A DNA stretch of 60,101 nt, taken from Promethearchaeota archaeon (GTDB lineage Archaea; Asgardarchaeota; Lokiarchaeia; Sigyniarchaeales; SOKP01). Location of the stretch: positions 1-60,101 of the forward strand of contig JBHLON010000021.1 of the NCBI GenBank assembly GCA_048940445.1, in the 5' to 3' direction. The notes below the pieces were generated by a model. It was not told the DNA's origin, did no database searches, and saw only the letters and a list, made by a program, of their open reading frames with translations. This document shows, piece by piece, positions 43,091-53,095 of this stretch. Position 1 is the stretch's first letter. Each line of letters starts with the position of its first letter. A program made the translations under genes and the position numbers.

Positions 43091-43750
43091 CTAATGTGTC
43101 TGTATTAACTTAAACTGCTGTTGTTCTTCACTACATCCAACCCATAATGTTTCATAATACAAACATACTTCTTTGCCAGGTATGGTTGGATTATCTATTA
43201 ATGGGAATGCACCATCTGGCCATTGGTTGCTTTCCAATATAATCTTGTCATCAACCGTAAACGTGGCTGTCCAATATTCCACGCAGTTGAGAACATCAGG
43301 GTCAGCATTAGTCCAAACTACGTTGATTGTACCCTTATATTCTCCTTTCTGGCAGAGAGTAATAGATCCGTCAACTGGCTCATAACCACCGGTTACAGCG
43401 ACGGTAACAGAATAACCTAATAAATCATCTTGAGAGATGCACAATGGAAGTACATCAGGCAAGTTATAATCAACAATCTTAATTTCACCTTTTTCGGTAT
43501 CCATACAACCGCAGCCTTTTTGAGCTACAGACACGTTCAGATTATACCCTGATAAATATAAGTCATTACCAGCAATATTAACTTGGACCCTATTATAGTC
43601 CAAATTTATTGGAGGTTTTATAATATCAGTTGTTAGAGAGCCCCCAACCAATGCAAATCCCAACAAAATAGATAAAATCACCAATAGCAGAACCCCCGCA
43701 ACGATAGAGAGATCCAACTTAACTCTATCTATTTTCATGGGTTTATTCAC
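43091..43750 (-). CDS. Cys-rich membrane-anchored extracellular protein
   Basis: N-terminal TM, beta-rich domain with seven Cys including CGC. Confidence 0.7.
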   Translation of the reverse strand: MNKPMKIDRVKLDLSIVAGVLLLVILSILLGFALVGGSLTTDIIKPPINLDYNRVQVNIAGNDLYLSGYNLNVSVAQKGCGCMDTEKGEIKIVDYNLPDVLPLCISQDDLLGYSVTVAVTGGYEPVDGSITLCQKGEYKGTINVVWTNADPDVLNCVEYWTATFTVDDKIILESNQWPDGAFPLIDNPTIPGKEVCLYYETLWVGCSEEQQQFKLIQTH

Positions 43751-44158
43751 TATGCTTTTTTTTTAATCACCACTCTTATTGAATTTGAATTTAAGTAGTT
43801 TTCACAACTTAGATTCAAATATTATTTATGTCATACCCATATATATATGTTTCCCTAATTGTTATTTTTGAAATAGCAAGCTATAATTTGTTTGAGTGTT
43901 AAATTTATAAGCGATTGGGTAAAAAAGAATTTCTTAATTATAATATAGTCCAGTTTAAGTAATTCTCGAAAAGAGATTAAGGAGATAACTATTAATCCTT
44001 AATTGAGACTAATATATTAATTTTTATAACAGTATTTAAATCAATTAAGTTGATTATTCAAAAGAATTTATTGTATTATGACTAATTTTTAAGAAGTTAA
44101 AAAAAATATTAATAAAAAATATAATATTTTTCAAACAATAATCTTTTCTTGAATATTT

Positions 44159-46414
44159 TTATTTGATAGGTCGTGAATTCGCTTGAAAAATAGGACCAAT
44201 GAACTGGGAGTATAAAATGCTATACTGCATTTGATTTGATACAATTGAAATCATTTCGCTTTCTTTATCAGTAGCAGGTCCAATGATTACTTCCTCAGCA
44301 TCACGGGTAACCGCAAAGAATTCTCCTGTGCTACTGAGTTGTCTAAACTGAATATTTCCCAAAGCCATCATTTTTCTAATAATATCACCATATTGGCCCA
44401 TATCCCAATGGCTAGTGAGTAGGAATCTAGCTGCCTTTTTCTGATAGGCATATTCACTAACAACTTGTAAAACTTCAGGGATAACAGATGGCATGACCAC
44501 AATTATAGAGGATTTAGTTCTAAAGACGGCATCCTTAATTGCAGCGATCATAGCTTCTTTACCTACAATTGGCCAAGTTGTTACCTCCGCTAATTCTGGG
44601 ATTGCTGCTGAAGCACTGAAGATATCCTTTAATTTTGATTCATTCTTTTCTGCTAACTCTGTTGCATCATCAATAGAATTCATAAACCTTAAGGTAAAAT
44701 CAGCAATTGCATCCTTGATATTTTGAGTCGTATCTCTTGTTGTATTAGATAAGCTATTTTGGAGGGTTTTAGCATTTTGTTCATATTTAGATTTATGATC
44801 TGTGAGCATTTGACTTAAATTTCTATCTAAATCCGCTGATTCATCACCCCATAAACTAATTTCATTTGTAATTTTTTCAGACGCATCTGCTTTTCCAGCA
44901 ATAAATTTATTGTCAACTTCTCTAATCCAATTTGATTTTGTTTGTTTTACCTCAGTATCAAAACTAGTATAATGGGTTAAGGAATCGTCTTTATGTTTGT
45001 TAATTGCTTCATCATATTGTCTGTGATGTTGTTTAAGTGAATTTTCTAATCCATCTTTTAACTTTATTGTAGTGTCTGAACAATCCTTCACACCACTTGT
45101 GAGCGTATTATTAATTTCACCAGCCATATCAGTAGCTAATGTCTCTAGTTGAACATTAATTGTTTCTTGAGCCTTTTGGTCAAGATCAGTAGTTTCACTT
45201 ACTACATTATCATTTTCCTTAGTCATTATATCAGTAATTTCACCTTTTAAAGTATCATTAGTATCTCTTGTATCTTTGATATAGTTCTCACTCACATTTA
45301 CGAAATCGTCTTTCATTGGTTCAGTATACTTTAAAACGTTTTGGATTGTAGTCTCATGTCGAGCTTTATATTTTTTCTTTTTGCCCATCCAAAAGAATCC
45401 TTTCTTTGCCATATCGCCTGAAAAGTCAGTAAATCGGTTAGCATGTTCTAAAAGATTCTCGATAAGAGTTAATGTCATGCTTTTAAATTCATTCGTTTGT
45501 TCAGTCAAAATACGGTGTCTCTCATCAACGGTTGCCTTCAAATTAGTAGAAAGTGTGTCAGTTGTGTTTTTCAAATGATTAAGATGTTCCTTCAAAAGAC
45601 GAGAAATTCTTTCTTTTAAATCAGTAATAATTTTATCCATTCGTTCTAAATATTTCTCAAGAATTTGCTCCATTCTAGGTTTTAAATCACTGGCTATAGT
45701 TTTATGTCTCTCCACATGATTATCTAAATCTGTTTTTAAATCTTTTTCTAAATCGTCAACTCGTTTAGAAAAATCATTTAGTAGATCAGATATAAGAGAA
45801 GTTAAATTGTCTTTTGTTTTATTGACAGTTGTCTCATTCTCCTTAATTTTAGAGTCAGAAATAGTTTTCAGATCTGAATTTAATGTATCTAAAATCTTAT
45901 GGAGATTTTCTTCCAATGTTTTGGAAGTATCAGTAAATCTATTTCGAGCTTCATTGATTCGTTCTCTTTTATTATTATTTTTTGTGTCAGAATCAGAAAA
46001 GAATGCTTTAATTTGGTTATCAACAGCTGTCTCAACCTCATTAATGCTTTTATCTTGAATTGCTTCTAATTTTTCAAATCGCTTTGCTTGATCAGCTAGG
46101 ATGTGATCTTTAATTTTTCCAATTTCTTCTCTGAAATCTTCTGATTCTCCAATATATAATTCAAAATAAGGTTCAAGTGGGATAAATCTATCCACAATCC
46201 CAGTTACCTTTTTAAGAAACCCTTTTTCAACTAACCAAGTAGTAATCTCTAAAATTGTTTCATAAGTGAGCTCTTCATGTTCATCCATTAGGGTTAAATA
46301 TACTTCCGATGCGGTAGCTCTCGGTACTCTCAAATAGACTAAATAAACAAGGATTTGCTCCTCAGTGAATCCATATCTAGTGAAAATTTCCTTAGTAATT
46401 TCTTTTAGAGTCAT
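44159..46414 (-). CDS. TrmB-like wHTH + long helical/coiled-coil insert + C-terminal PLD-like (TrmB effector) domain
   Basis: N-terminal GFTEEQILVYL.L...TASEV...LVEKGFL...RF.P.EP; C-terminal W.IVG.EAM......KSSIIVVMP...RD.EEVII. Confidence 0.8.
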   Translation of the reverse strand: MTLKEITKEIFTRYGFTEEQILVYLVYLRVPRATASEVYLTLMDEHEELTYETILEITTWLVEKGFLKKVTGIVDRFIPLEPYFELYIGESEDFREEIGKIKDHILADQAKRFEKLEAIQDKSINEVETAVDNQIKAFFSDSDTKNNNKRERINEARNRFTDTSKTLEENLHKILDTLNSDLKTISDSKIKENETTVNKTKDNLTSLISDLLNDFSKRVDDLEKDLKTDLDNHVERHKTIASDLKPRMEQILEKYLERMDKIITDLKERISRLLKEHLNHLKNTTDTLSTNLKATVDERHRILTEQTNEFKSMTLTLIENLLEHANRFTDFSGDMAKKGFFWMGKKKKYKARHETTIQNVLKYTEPMKDDFVNVSENYIKDTRDTNDTLKGEITDIMTKENDNVVSETTDLDQKAQETINVQLETLATDMAGEINNTLTSGVKDCSDTTIKLKDGLENSLKQHHRQYDEAINKHKDDSLTHYTSFDTEVKQTKSNWIREVDNKFIAGKADASEKITNEISLWGDESADLDRNLSQMLTDHKSKYEQNAKTLQNSLSNTTRDTTQNIKDAIADFTLRFMNSIDDATELAEKNESKLKDIFSASAAIPELAEVTTWPIVGKEAMIAAIKDAVFRTKSSIIVVMPSVIPEVLQVVSEYAYQKKAARFLLTSHWDMGQYGDIIRKMMALGNIQFRQLSSTGEFFAVTRDAEEVIIGPATDKESEMISIVSNQMQYSILYSQFIGPIFQANSRPIK

Positions 46415-46653
46415 AAGTATTTCTCCAATTTTTAAATTCGGTTTATGTAAAAATTAAAATTAATATAATTATAAATGAATTCCTTTTCAATAATTTTATT
46501 ATATTTTAAAGTGTATAATAATATTTTCAAAATTATTATATTAAAACTTAAGGATACGGTTTGCTGATCTAATTCAATTTAGCTCAATCAAGTCGTAATT
46601 TGAAAGAATTATTTAGTTCTTTGTTAATTGGGAAAAATTATTCCTCAATCCTT

Positions 46654-46661
46654 TTTATATA
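46654..46661 (+). promoter_or_regulatory. Putative archaeal TATA box for the 46702 gene pair
   Basis: TTTATATA about 40 nt upstream of ATG; weak evidence in AT-rich DNA. Confidence 0.4.
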
Positions 46662-46701
46662 GATTTTATTTGTAATTATTAAAATAATTGAGAGATAAAA
46701 A

Positions 46702-47388
46702 ATGAAAAAATTAAGTAAAATTCTTTTGAGTACAATGTTTTTAATGATGGTTGTTTCTACTTTTGCTTCATTGAATGTCGTCGCTATCGAATCTCCTGAT
46801 GAATCTTATAATATTCCTATTGACACTGCCCAAAGAACGGTAGAGGCAAATACAAGAACGATGTTTCGTTTTCGGCAACAAACTCAATTGACATTCCAAG
46901 CTAATGTAAATTTAGAATTAAATATGGATTGTCAGGCATTACAAATTGGAGTCAAAGATTTTATAATTGAGATTGATGGAGATCAAAATCTACAGATGAA
47001 TATGACCTGCACAAGAGAAGAAATTCAATTGGGACTGCAAATGGGAAATACATACAGAATTAGAAATCGCAACATGTATCAATATCAAGAAGGTTTTTGT
47101 TGTTATATTGAGTGCAATGGAACCTTCTTACAAGCGAGATTAAGAATACAAGCAACTAACCAGAACAGAGTAGGGACATGGGCTTATTATAACGAAGCAA
47201 CAAATGAGTGGACAGCCGTTCCAACAAGTATTGAAGATGGATATTTGACTGCACTCGTGGATCATTTTTCATACTGGACCATTTTAATTCCGGAAGACAC
47301 TACTCCATACGTAACCATAGGAGTTAGTATAGCCGTTGTAGCTGTTGTCGTTATTCTGGGTGTACTCTATTACAAGAAAAGAAAATAG
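46702..47388 (+). CDS. Secreted, C-terminally anchored surface protein with HFS motif
   Basis: Signal peptide, beta-rich ectodomain, WAYYNE...W...PT...YLTALVDHFSYW, TM, KKRK tail. Confidence 0.8.
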   Translation: MKKLSKILLSTMFLMMVVSTFASLNVVAIESPDESYNIPIDTAQRTVEANTRTMFRFRQQTQLTFQANVNLELNMDCQALQIGVKDFIIEIDGDQNLQMNMTCTREEIQLGLQMGNTYRIRNRNMYQYQEGFCCYIECNGTFLQARLRIQATNQNRVGTWAYYNEATNEWTAVPTSIEDGYLTALVDHFSYWTILIPEDTTPYVTIGVSIAVVAVVVILGVLYYKKRK

Positions 47389-47457
47389 AACATTATAAAT
47401 ATATTTTAAAACAATAATTTTTTTTATTTTTTAATAAAGTAAAAAATTTGAGAATAA

Positions 47458-48708
47458 ATGGGCTTAAATATTTTAAAGAACAATAAAAGTCGTAGACTTA
47501 GTTTAATAGTTTTATTCATTCTTATTTTCCAATTTACATTTTTTATATATCAAGTTTCAGCCAGAAAAGAAGTTATTCCTGCGTTTTCTATCACTGATGA
47601 AATTAATCCAAATGAAACAGTGAATTATGAATTCCCCAATAACATTATTTTTGGGATATCTACAAATGTTTTTATAGATATTAGTATTGATTATGAAAAT
47701 AGAATATCAAACCGTCAAATATTTTTAATAATCGAAAATTCATCACCAATTTCTCTAAACATTACATCAAAAATAGATATGGGTGGTTTTAACTTGACCC
47801 AGCAACCCAATGCTCCTCGAAAAGGAAATAATCAATATCAATATAGATATAATTGTATTTATCGAATTTCTTCTAATGTAACCATTGAAAATATTACAAT
47901 TCGAAGCTTAAAAACAGGTTTTTATGGTTTAACTCCGACCAATCAATATACAATAGGGCTTTATGAAACTTCTCAAGGTTCATGGCAACTTATAGATACA
48001 ACTCAAACAATAAATGAAACAAGTTCTGAAAATTATTTAGAAAGTTCGCTTTTAAATGTTGAGGCAAATACCGATTATTATATTACTTACTTTGAGATAA
48101 CTGAGGTCTTTGAAGGATGGTTTTGGATAATCTTAATCATAATTTTAGCAGCAGCTTTTGGGTCTATAGCAATCTTAATATCCAAAAAAGATTATTTCCA
48201 TTACCTTAGGACTAGGCAAACACCTATAGAAAAAGGGGCTCATCGATTAAGCTTGGAGGAAGTCTTAGAAAATGAGAATAGAAATTTAATAATAGATTTA
48301 GTGCTTAAAAACCCGGGAATTCATTTCAATGAACTTTTAAGAGAGACAGGAATAGCCGCTGGGAATCTTGTATGGCATCTAGATATATTAGAAACTTATA
48401 AAGTAATAGGTAAAAAGAGAATAGGAAAGTTTATAGTTTATTTTCCATATTATCAAAAAAATCCGATATCAAATTTAGATGTAGAGCTAAGTAAGAGTAA
48501 ATTGACTTTAGAAATCTTGGAAATGATAGAAAGAGAGCCTGGATTATGGAATAACTTGATCACTAAACGCATGAAAGTGGACCATAAGACTATTCAGTAT
48601 CATGTAAATAAATTAAAAGAATTAGGATTGATTAATTTTAGAAAAGATGGACGGAAGAAAAAGATTTATCCTAATCTTGATGCGGAATATTTCAATAATA
48701 AAGATTAA
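47458..48708 (+). CDS. Membrane-tethered transcriptional regulator: ectodomain + TM + tandem winged-helix domains
   Basis: Signal/TM, ectodomain, TM WFWIILIIILAAAFGSIAIL, then LENENR..I...V..NPGIHFNEL...WHL..LE and I.REPG......I.YHV.KL...G. Confidence 0.88.
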   Translation: MGLNILKNNKSRRLSLIVLFILIFQFTFFIYQVSARKEVIPAFSITDEINPNETVNYEFPNNIIFGISTNVFIDISIDYENRISNRQIFLIIENSSPISLNITSKIDMGGFNLTQQPNAPRKGNNQYQYRYNCIYRISSNVTIENITIRSLKTGFYGLTPTNQYTIGLYETSQGSWQLIDTTQTINETSSENYLESSLLNVEANTDYYITYFEITEVFEGWFWIILIIILAAAFGSIAILISKKDYFHYLRTRQTPIEKGAHRLSLEEVLENENRNLIIDLVLKNPGIHFNELLRETGIAAGNLVWHLDILETYKVIGKKRIGKFIVYFPYYQKNPISNLDVELSKSKLTLEILEMIEREPGLWNNLITKRMKVDHKTIQYHVNKLKELGLINFRKDGRKKKIYPNLDAEYFNNKD

Positions 48709-48746
48709 ATTTATATTTCTTTTTGCCCATTTTAATATGATAAAAA

Positions 48747-49250
48747 TTGATGGATCCTGAAAAGCTTTTACAATTTTTAAAAAACCGAAGATCTATTCGG
48801 AGTTTTCAAGAAAAGAAGATCTCTGATAAAGAAATAGGGATGATCTTAGAGGCAGGTAGATGGGCTCCAAGTGCCTCAAACAGACAACCTTGGGAGTTTA
48901 TTGTTGTTAAGAGTGAATCAAAAAGGCAAGAACTCGCAAGAATCGCAATTTATGGTAAATTTATTAGAGAGGTTCCTGTTTTAATTGCTATTATCGGAAA
49001 AATAAACCAAAACCCAAAATGGTACATTCAAGATACATCATTAGTGTCGATGAATATGATGCTTATGGCCTGGTCATTAGGAATAGGAACTTGCTGGATT
49101 GGTTCAATGGATCGGGATAAGGCAAAACAAATACTTGGACTTGGAAAAAATGATTATGTTCTTACAATCTTACCAATGGGCTACATTGAAGGCGAAATTC
49201 CACAACCTACTAACAGAAAGGCTTTAGAAAAAATAACCAAGGAAATTTAG
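48747..49250 (+). CDS. Nitroreductase family protein
   Basis: RRSIRSF, APSASNRQPWEF, LGIGTCWIG. Confidence 0.94.
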   Translation: MMDPEKLLQFLKNRRSIRSFQEKKISDKEIGMILEAGRWAPSASNRQPWEFIVVKSESKRQELARIAIYGKFIREVPVLIAIIGKINQNPKWYIQDTSLVSMNMMLMAWSLGIGTCWIGSMDRDKAKQILGLGKNDYVLTILPMGYIEGEIPQPTNRKALEKITKEI

Positions 49251-49261
49251 AAAATGATCTT

Positions 49262-50428
49262 CTATACCAGCAATGTGAGATCTTCAAGTGTTTCTGGAGC
49301 GCTTGTTAATTTCTGATAACCTTCTTTCGTAATTAATACTGTATCTGAATGACGAAAACCTCCTAAACCTGGAATATATATTCCTGGTTCGATACTAATT
49401 ACCATGTTTGCTTCAAGTCGACGATCATAACCTTCAGCAATATAGGGCGCCTCATGACCAGTAATTCCAAGACCATGACCCGTACGATGGATGATATAAT
49501 TACTATATCCTCTCTTCTCTATGAACGCTCGTACTTTTTTATCTATTTCACTCATCATCATACCGGGTCTTAAAAGACTAAAAGCTAATTCTCTGGCTTT
49601 AATCATGGTGTTAAAAACTTCTTTTGCTTTGTCTGAAATGGTTCCTAAGAAGAAAGTCCGTTCCAATTCAACTCCATAACCATCCACTTGAATCTGGACC
49701 ATCGAAACATGAGGTCCGCCTTGTTCCATCTCTGCAAAAATGTATGGAACCAAATGAGGATCGTGAGAAATTGAAGGTGGCCACACTGCAGCAGTAGCTT
49801 GAGTGGCTTTAAAATTAGCATTAGGAATATCCTGCACAATCTTTGACGTAATAGCATCAGTCACTTCTTTATAGAGTGCAAATTCTAGTACTTTAGGGTG
49901 ACATTTCTTAAGTAATATCTTATGGCCTTTATTTACAATTTTACAAGCATGAATAATTCTGCCAACTTCATAATCAGTTTTTATCATTCTAACTTCCTCG
50001 ATAATATCCACAATTGTCTTGTTACCAGGAGTTTTTTCTCCTATCCCTACTGGCATAGAAGATTCTATGCCGACTTTGGTGTTCTCTGGGATCAGGTTCT
50101 GGTAAATATCAAACCAATTTTGACCTTTAAGAGCAGGAAATTCATAATAGGTGATTATTTGGGTCTTAGAAATTGTTCTTTCTTCAAAATGACCTTTCTC
50201 CAATAATGGAAGTAGCATTTTTGGGGTCTCATTTCTAGGGATAATCAAAATAAAAGGGCGTTCATGGATATAAAATGTAAAATTAGTCAAATAATAGATG
50301 TTGACGGGATTACAAGAGACATAGTAATCTAAATTTTCTTTTTTCATTAAGACCTTAACTTTTTCAAGCCTTTTCTCTAATTCGATTTTATCAGGAGGTG
50401 ATTTTATAGCCTTCATGTTATTATACAA
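49262..50428 (-). CDS. M24 (Xaa-Pro peptidase/creatinase) family protein
   Basis: N.YYLT.F, RMIK, ERTF, HRTGHGLG..HEAP, SIEPGIY, RHSDTV. Confidence 0.9.
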   Translation of the reverse strand: MYNNMKAIKSPPDKIELEKRLEKVKVLMKKENLDYYVSCNPVNIYYLTNFTFYIHERPFILIIPRNETPKMLLPLLEKGHFEERTISKTQIITYYEFPALKGQNWFDIYQNLIPENTKVGIESSMPVGIGEKTPGNKTIVDIIEEVRMIKTDYEVGRIIHACKIVNKGHKILLKKCHPKVLEFALYKEVTDAITSKIVQDIPNANFKATQATAAVWPPSISHDPHLVPYIFAEMEQGGPHVSMVQIQVDGYGVELERTFFLGTISDKAKEVFNTMIKARELAFSLLRPGMMMSEIDKKVRAFIEKRGYSNYIIHRTGHGLGITGHEAPYIAEGYDRRLEANMVISIEPGIYIPGLGGFRHSDTVLITKEGYQKLTSAPETLEDLTLLV

Positions 50429-50513
50429 CTTTTAATCCAATGTGTAATTAATATTTAGAAAATAATCTTAATTTTAATCAATATTAAATTATTAATGAAT
50501 TTAGGTTATAATT

Positions 50514-52037
50514 ATGGTGCTAGAAAAATTAGAACCCCAAATTGTTTGGAAAATTTTTGAGGATATTATTGCCAATACTCCTCGACAATCTCAGAAAGAA
50601 GAAAAAATTCGGACTAAAATTAAAGCCTGGTTAAAGCAACAAGCAGAATTAAAAGACATGAATATTCAGATATCAGAAGATGCTACGGGAAACATAATGA
50701 TTAAAAAAAATGCTACAGTTGGGATGGAAACGACTCCATCATTACTTCTTCAAGCTCATTTAGATATGGTTTGTGAATCCAATAGACCAGAAGGATACAA
50801 TTTCGATGAGCAAGGAATACCTATTAGAATTCAAGAGAATGGAGAATGGATTGATGCAGACGGAACTACATTAGGCGCAGATGATGGAATTGGTGTAGCA
50901 TTTGCGTTGGCATTATTGGTTGATGATGAAATGTTGAATTACCATGGGCCTATTGAAGTACTTTTTACAGTAAATGAAGAAAATGGTTTTACTGGTGCTA
51001 CAAATCTCGATCCAATTGAGTTTAATATTCAAAGTAACTATATGATAAATTTAGACAGTGGACCGCTTGGAGAAATCACAATTGGATCTGTTTGTGGAGG
51101 GAGAACTATATTCATCCAGGAATTTGAATGGTTAGAAGGTGATTCAATAAAGGATCTCTCATTTATTGAATTGAATATCAGCGGTCTTTTGGGAGGTCAC
51201 TCTGGAGCTGATATTCATCTACCCAGAGCGAATGCTAATAAATTAATTAGTAAAATTGTATCAAATATACTCCAGAGTTTTGATTTATATTTATGTTGGT
51301 GGAATGGGGGTTCTGTTTCGAATGTAATAACTCGAAGTGCAGATGTAAAGTTTGCTATAAATTCAAAGGATAAGGAAATTTTTCAAAAACAACTTGAAAA
51401 TGAAATTTCATCAATTTATAATTATTATAAATCTTCAATAGAAGGTCATCAGATATTAGAACCAAATATGAACATCTCATGGAAAAATTCAGATCCAGAT
51501 AAGATTTTATCCATTAAAGACACACATACTATAGTTTACACAACAAGTCTTTTTCCTCAAGGTGTTTTGAGGTATTCGCCATTCTATGAAAACTTTCCAG
51601 AGTCTTCTAATAACTTTGCAATCGTTTGGACAAAAGAAAATCAAATTATTATTCGTTTATATCCGCGTAGCATCGTTAGATCAGAATTGAATTCATTTAG
51701 ACGTTCTATGGTCCAATTAGGGGAATTGGGGGGTTGGGAAATGGATTTGAAGTCTATCTTACCAGAATGGATGCCAAAACCTCATTCAAAATTTTTACAT
51801 TATGCAAGAAAACAATATGAATCTGTCTTTCAAAAACCTATTAAAACAAATTTAATTCATGGAGGTTTAGAAACAGGAATGATAAGTCAGAAGATACCCG
51901 AATTAGAATTAATCTCAATTGGTCCTACAGTTATTGGAGAACATACTCCTGATGAAAAACTAAAGATTGCTGACGTTGGAATTTTATACGAAGTTTTAAT
52001 ACAGATAATAAAGCATATGTCTATGATTGAAACGTAA
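50514..52037 (+). CDS. pepD: Aminoacyl-histidine dipeptidase (M20C)
   Basis: LQAHLDMV, GTTLGADDGIG, NEE.G..GA, NLDS, GGHSG.DIH, HGGLE.G, SIGP, H.PDE. Confidence 0.92.
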   Translation: MVLEKLEPQIVWKIFEDIIANTPRQSQKEEKIRTKIKAWLKQQAELKDMNIQISEDATGNIMIKKNATVGMETTPSLLLQAHLDMVCESNRPEGYNFDEQGIPIRIQENGEWIDADGTTLGADDGIGVAFALALLVDDEMLNYHGPIEVLFTVNEENGFTGATNLDPIEFNIQSNYMINLDSGPLGEITIGSVCGGRTIFIQEFEWLEGDSIKDLSFIELNISGLLGGHSGADIHLPRANANKLISKIVSNILQSFDLYLCWWNGGSVSNVITRSADVKFAINSKDKEIFQKQLENEISSIYNYYKSSIEGHQILEPNMNISWKNSDPDKILSIKDTHTIVYTTSLFPQGVLRYSPFYENFPESSNNFAIVWTKENQIIIRLYPRSIVRSELNSFRRSMVQLGELGGWEMDLKSILPEWMPKPHSKFLHYARKQYESVFQKPIKTNLIHGGLETGMISQKIPELELISIGPTVIGEHTPDEKLKIADVGILYEVLIQIIKHMSMIET

Positions 52038-52050
52038 TGCAGATTTAAAT

Positions 52051-52953
52051 TTAACTCAAAATATATCCATTACTTTTCAATTCAATTAAATTTTTTTTAA
52101 GAAATTTGTCAAAATGCTTTTGAATCATAATCAATTCTGCTGCGACTTCATATTCCTTGAAATCACTATAATATTTATAAATAAAATTTTTTGCTTTAAA
52201 ATCTTCCACTTTAATAGGGGTACTTTCTGAGAATTTTGATAAAATACGTTCGTCTCGTTTGTAAATAATTGATAAATAATTTTTCAATCCTTCAGCTACA
52301 TCCTTTCTACCAATAATTACACCTTTATGACCAGTTACAGCTATTTCAATATCAAGGTTCTCAAGCTTTTTAATTGAGCTTTCAAATTCAAGTAAATCAG
52401 AATCAATACCTGCATAAAAAACAAAATTTGTTAAATCTATATCCGCTAAAAACGCTATTTTAGAATTCAATTCATAGAAAGAACAATGCCCTGCTGTATG
52501 ACCCGGAGAATGAACAACTTTTATTACATACTTCTCACTTAATTTTATAAGTTCATCATCTTCAATAGTTTTATCTATTTTAGTATTTTCCAACCTTAAA
52601 GCATCTTCTAACCAACTAAAAGATTCAGCAGCTGGAGTATTTTTAACACCATAATACTCATTAACTCGATCAACATTTTCAACAAGATATTTATCTTTTG
52701 GATGAATAAAAAATTTACAATTTTTTAGGATTCTATTTCCAGATATATGGTCTTCATGCCAATGAGATAATAGAACGAAATTGATTTCAAACTCCTTTTT
52801 TAATTTCCTTAACAATCTAGTTGAGATACCAGTATCAAACAAGTAATCTTGAATAAGTAAAGAATGCGAATAGGGATATTTACCATTTCTTGCCCCTTGA
52901 ATAAAAAAGATATCAGGAAAATCTTCTGAAATTAACTTAAAAGAGTCTTGCAT
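52051..52953 (-). CDS. Metallo-beta-lactamase fold hydrolase
   Basis: SHWHEDH, PGHTAGH, AD, GH. Confidence 0.9.
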   Translation of the reverse strand: MQDSFKLISEDFPDIFFIQGARNGKYPYSHSLLIQDYLFDTGISTRLLRKLKKEFEINFVLLSHWHEDHISGNRILKNCKFFIHPKDKYLVENVDRVNEYYGVKNTPAAESFSWLEDALRLENTKIDKTIEDDELIKLSEKYVIKVVHSPGHTAGHCSFYELNSKIAFLADIDLTNFVFYAGIDSDLLEFESSIKKLENLDIEIAVTGHKGVIIGRKDVAEGLKNYLSIIYKRDERILSKFSESTPIKVEDFKAKNFIYKYYSDFKEYEVAAELIMIQKHFDKFLKKNLIELKSNGYILS

Positions 52954-53095
52954 ATTACATTTAAATTAAATTACTTTATAAAAGAAAGCATTCAAAAAGT
53001 CTTAAACCTTTCTACTAATTTAGAACTAAATATCAAATAAAATGAGAGACCCAATATATAACTGTATAACAAAAATCAAACTTTATATATTGTAA

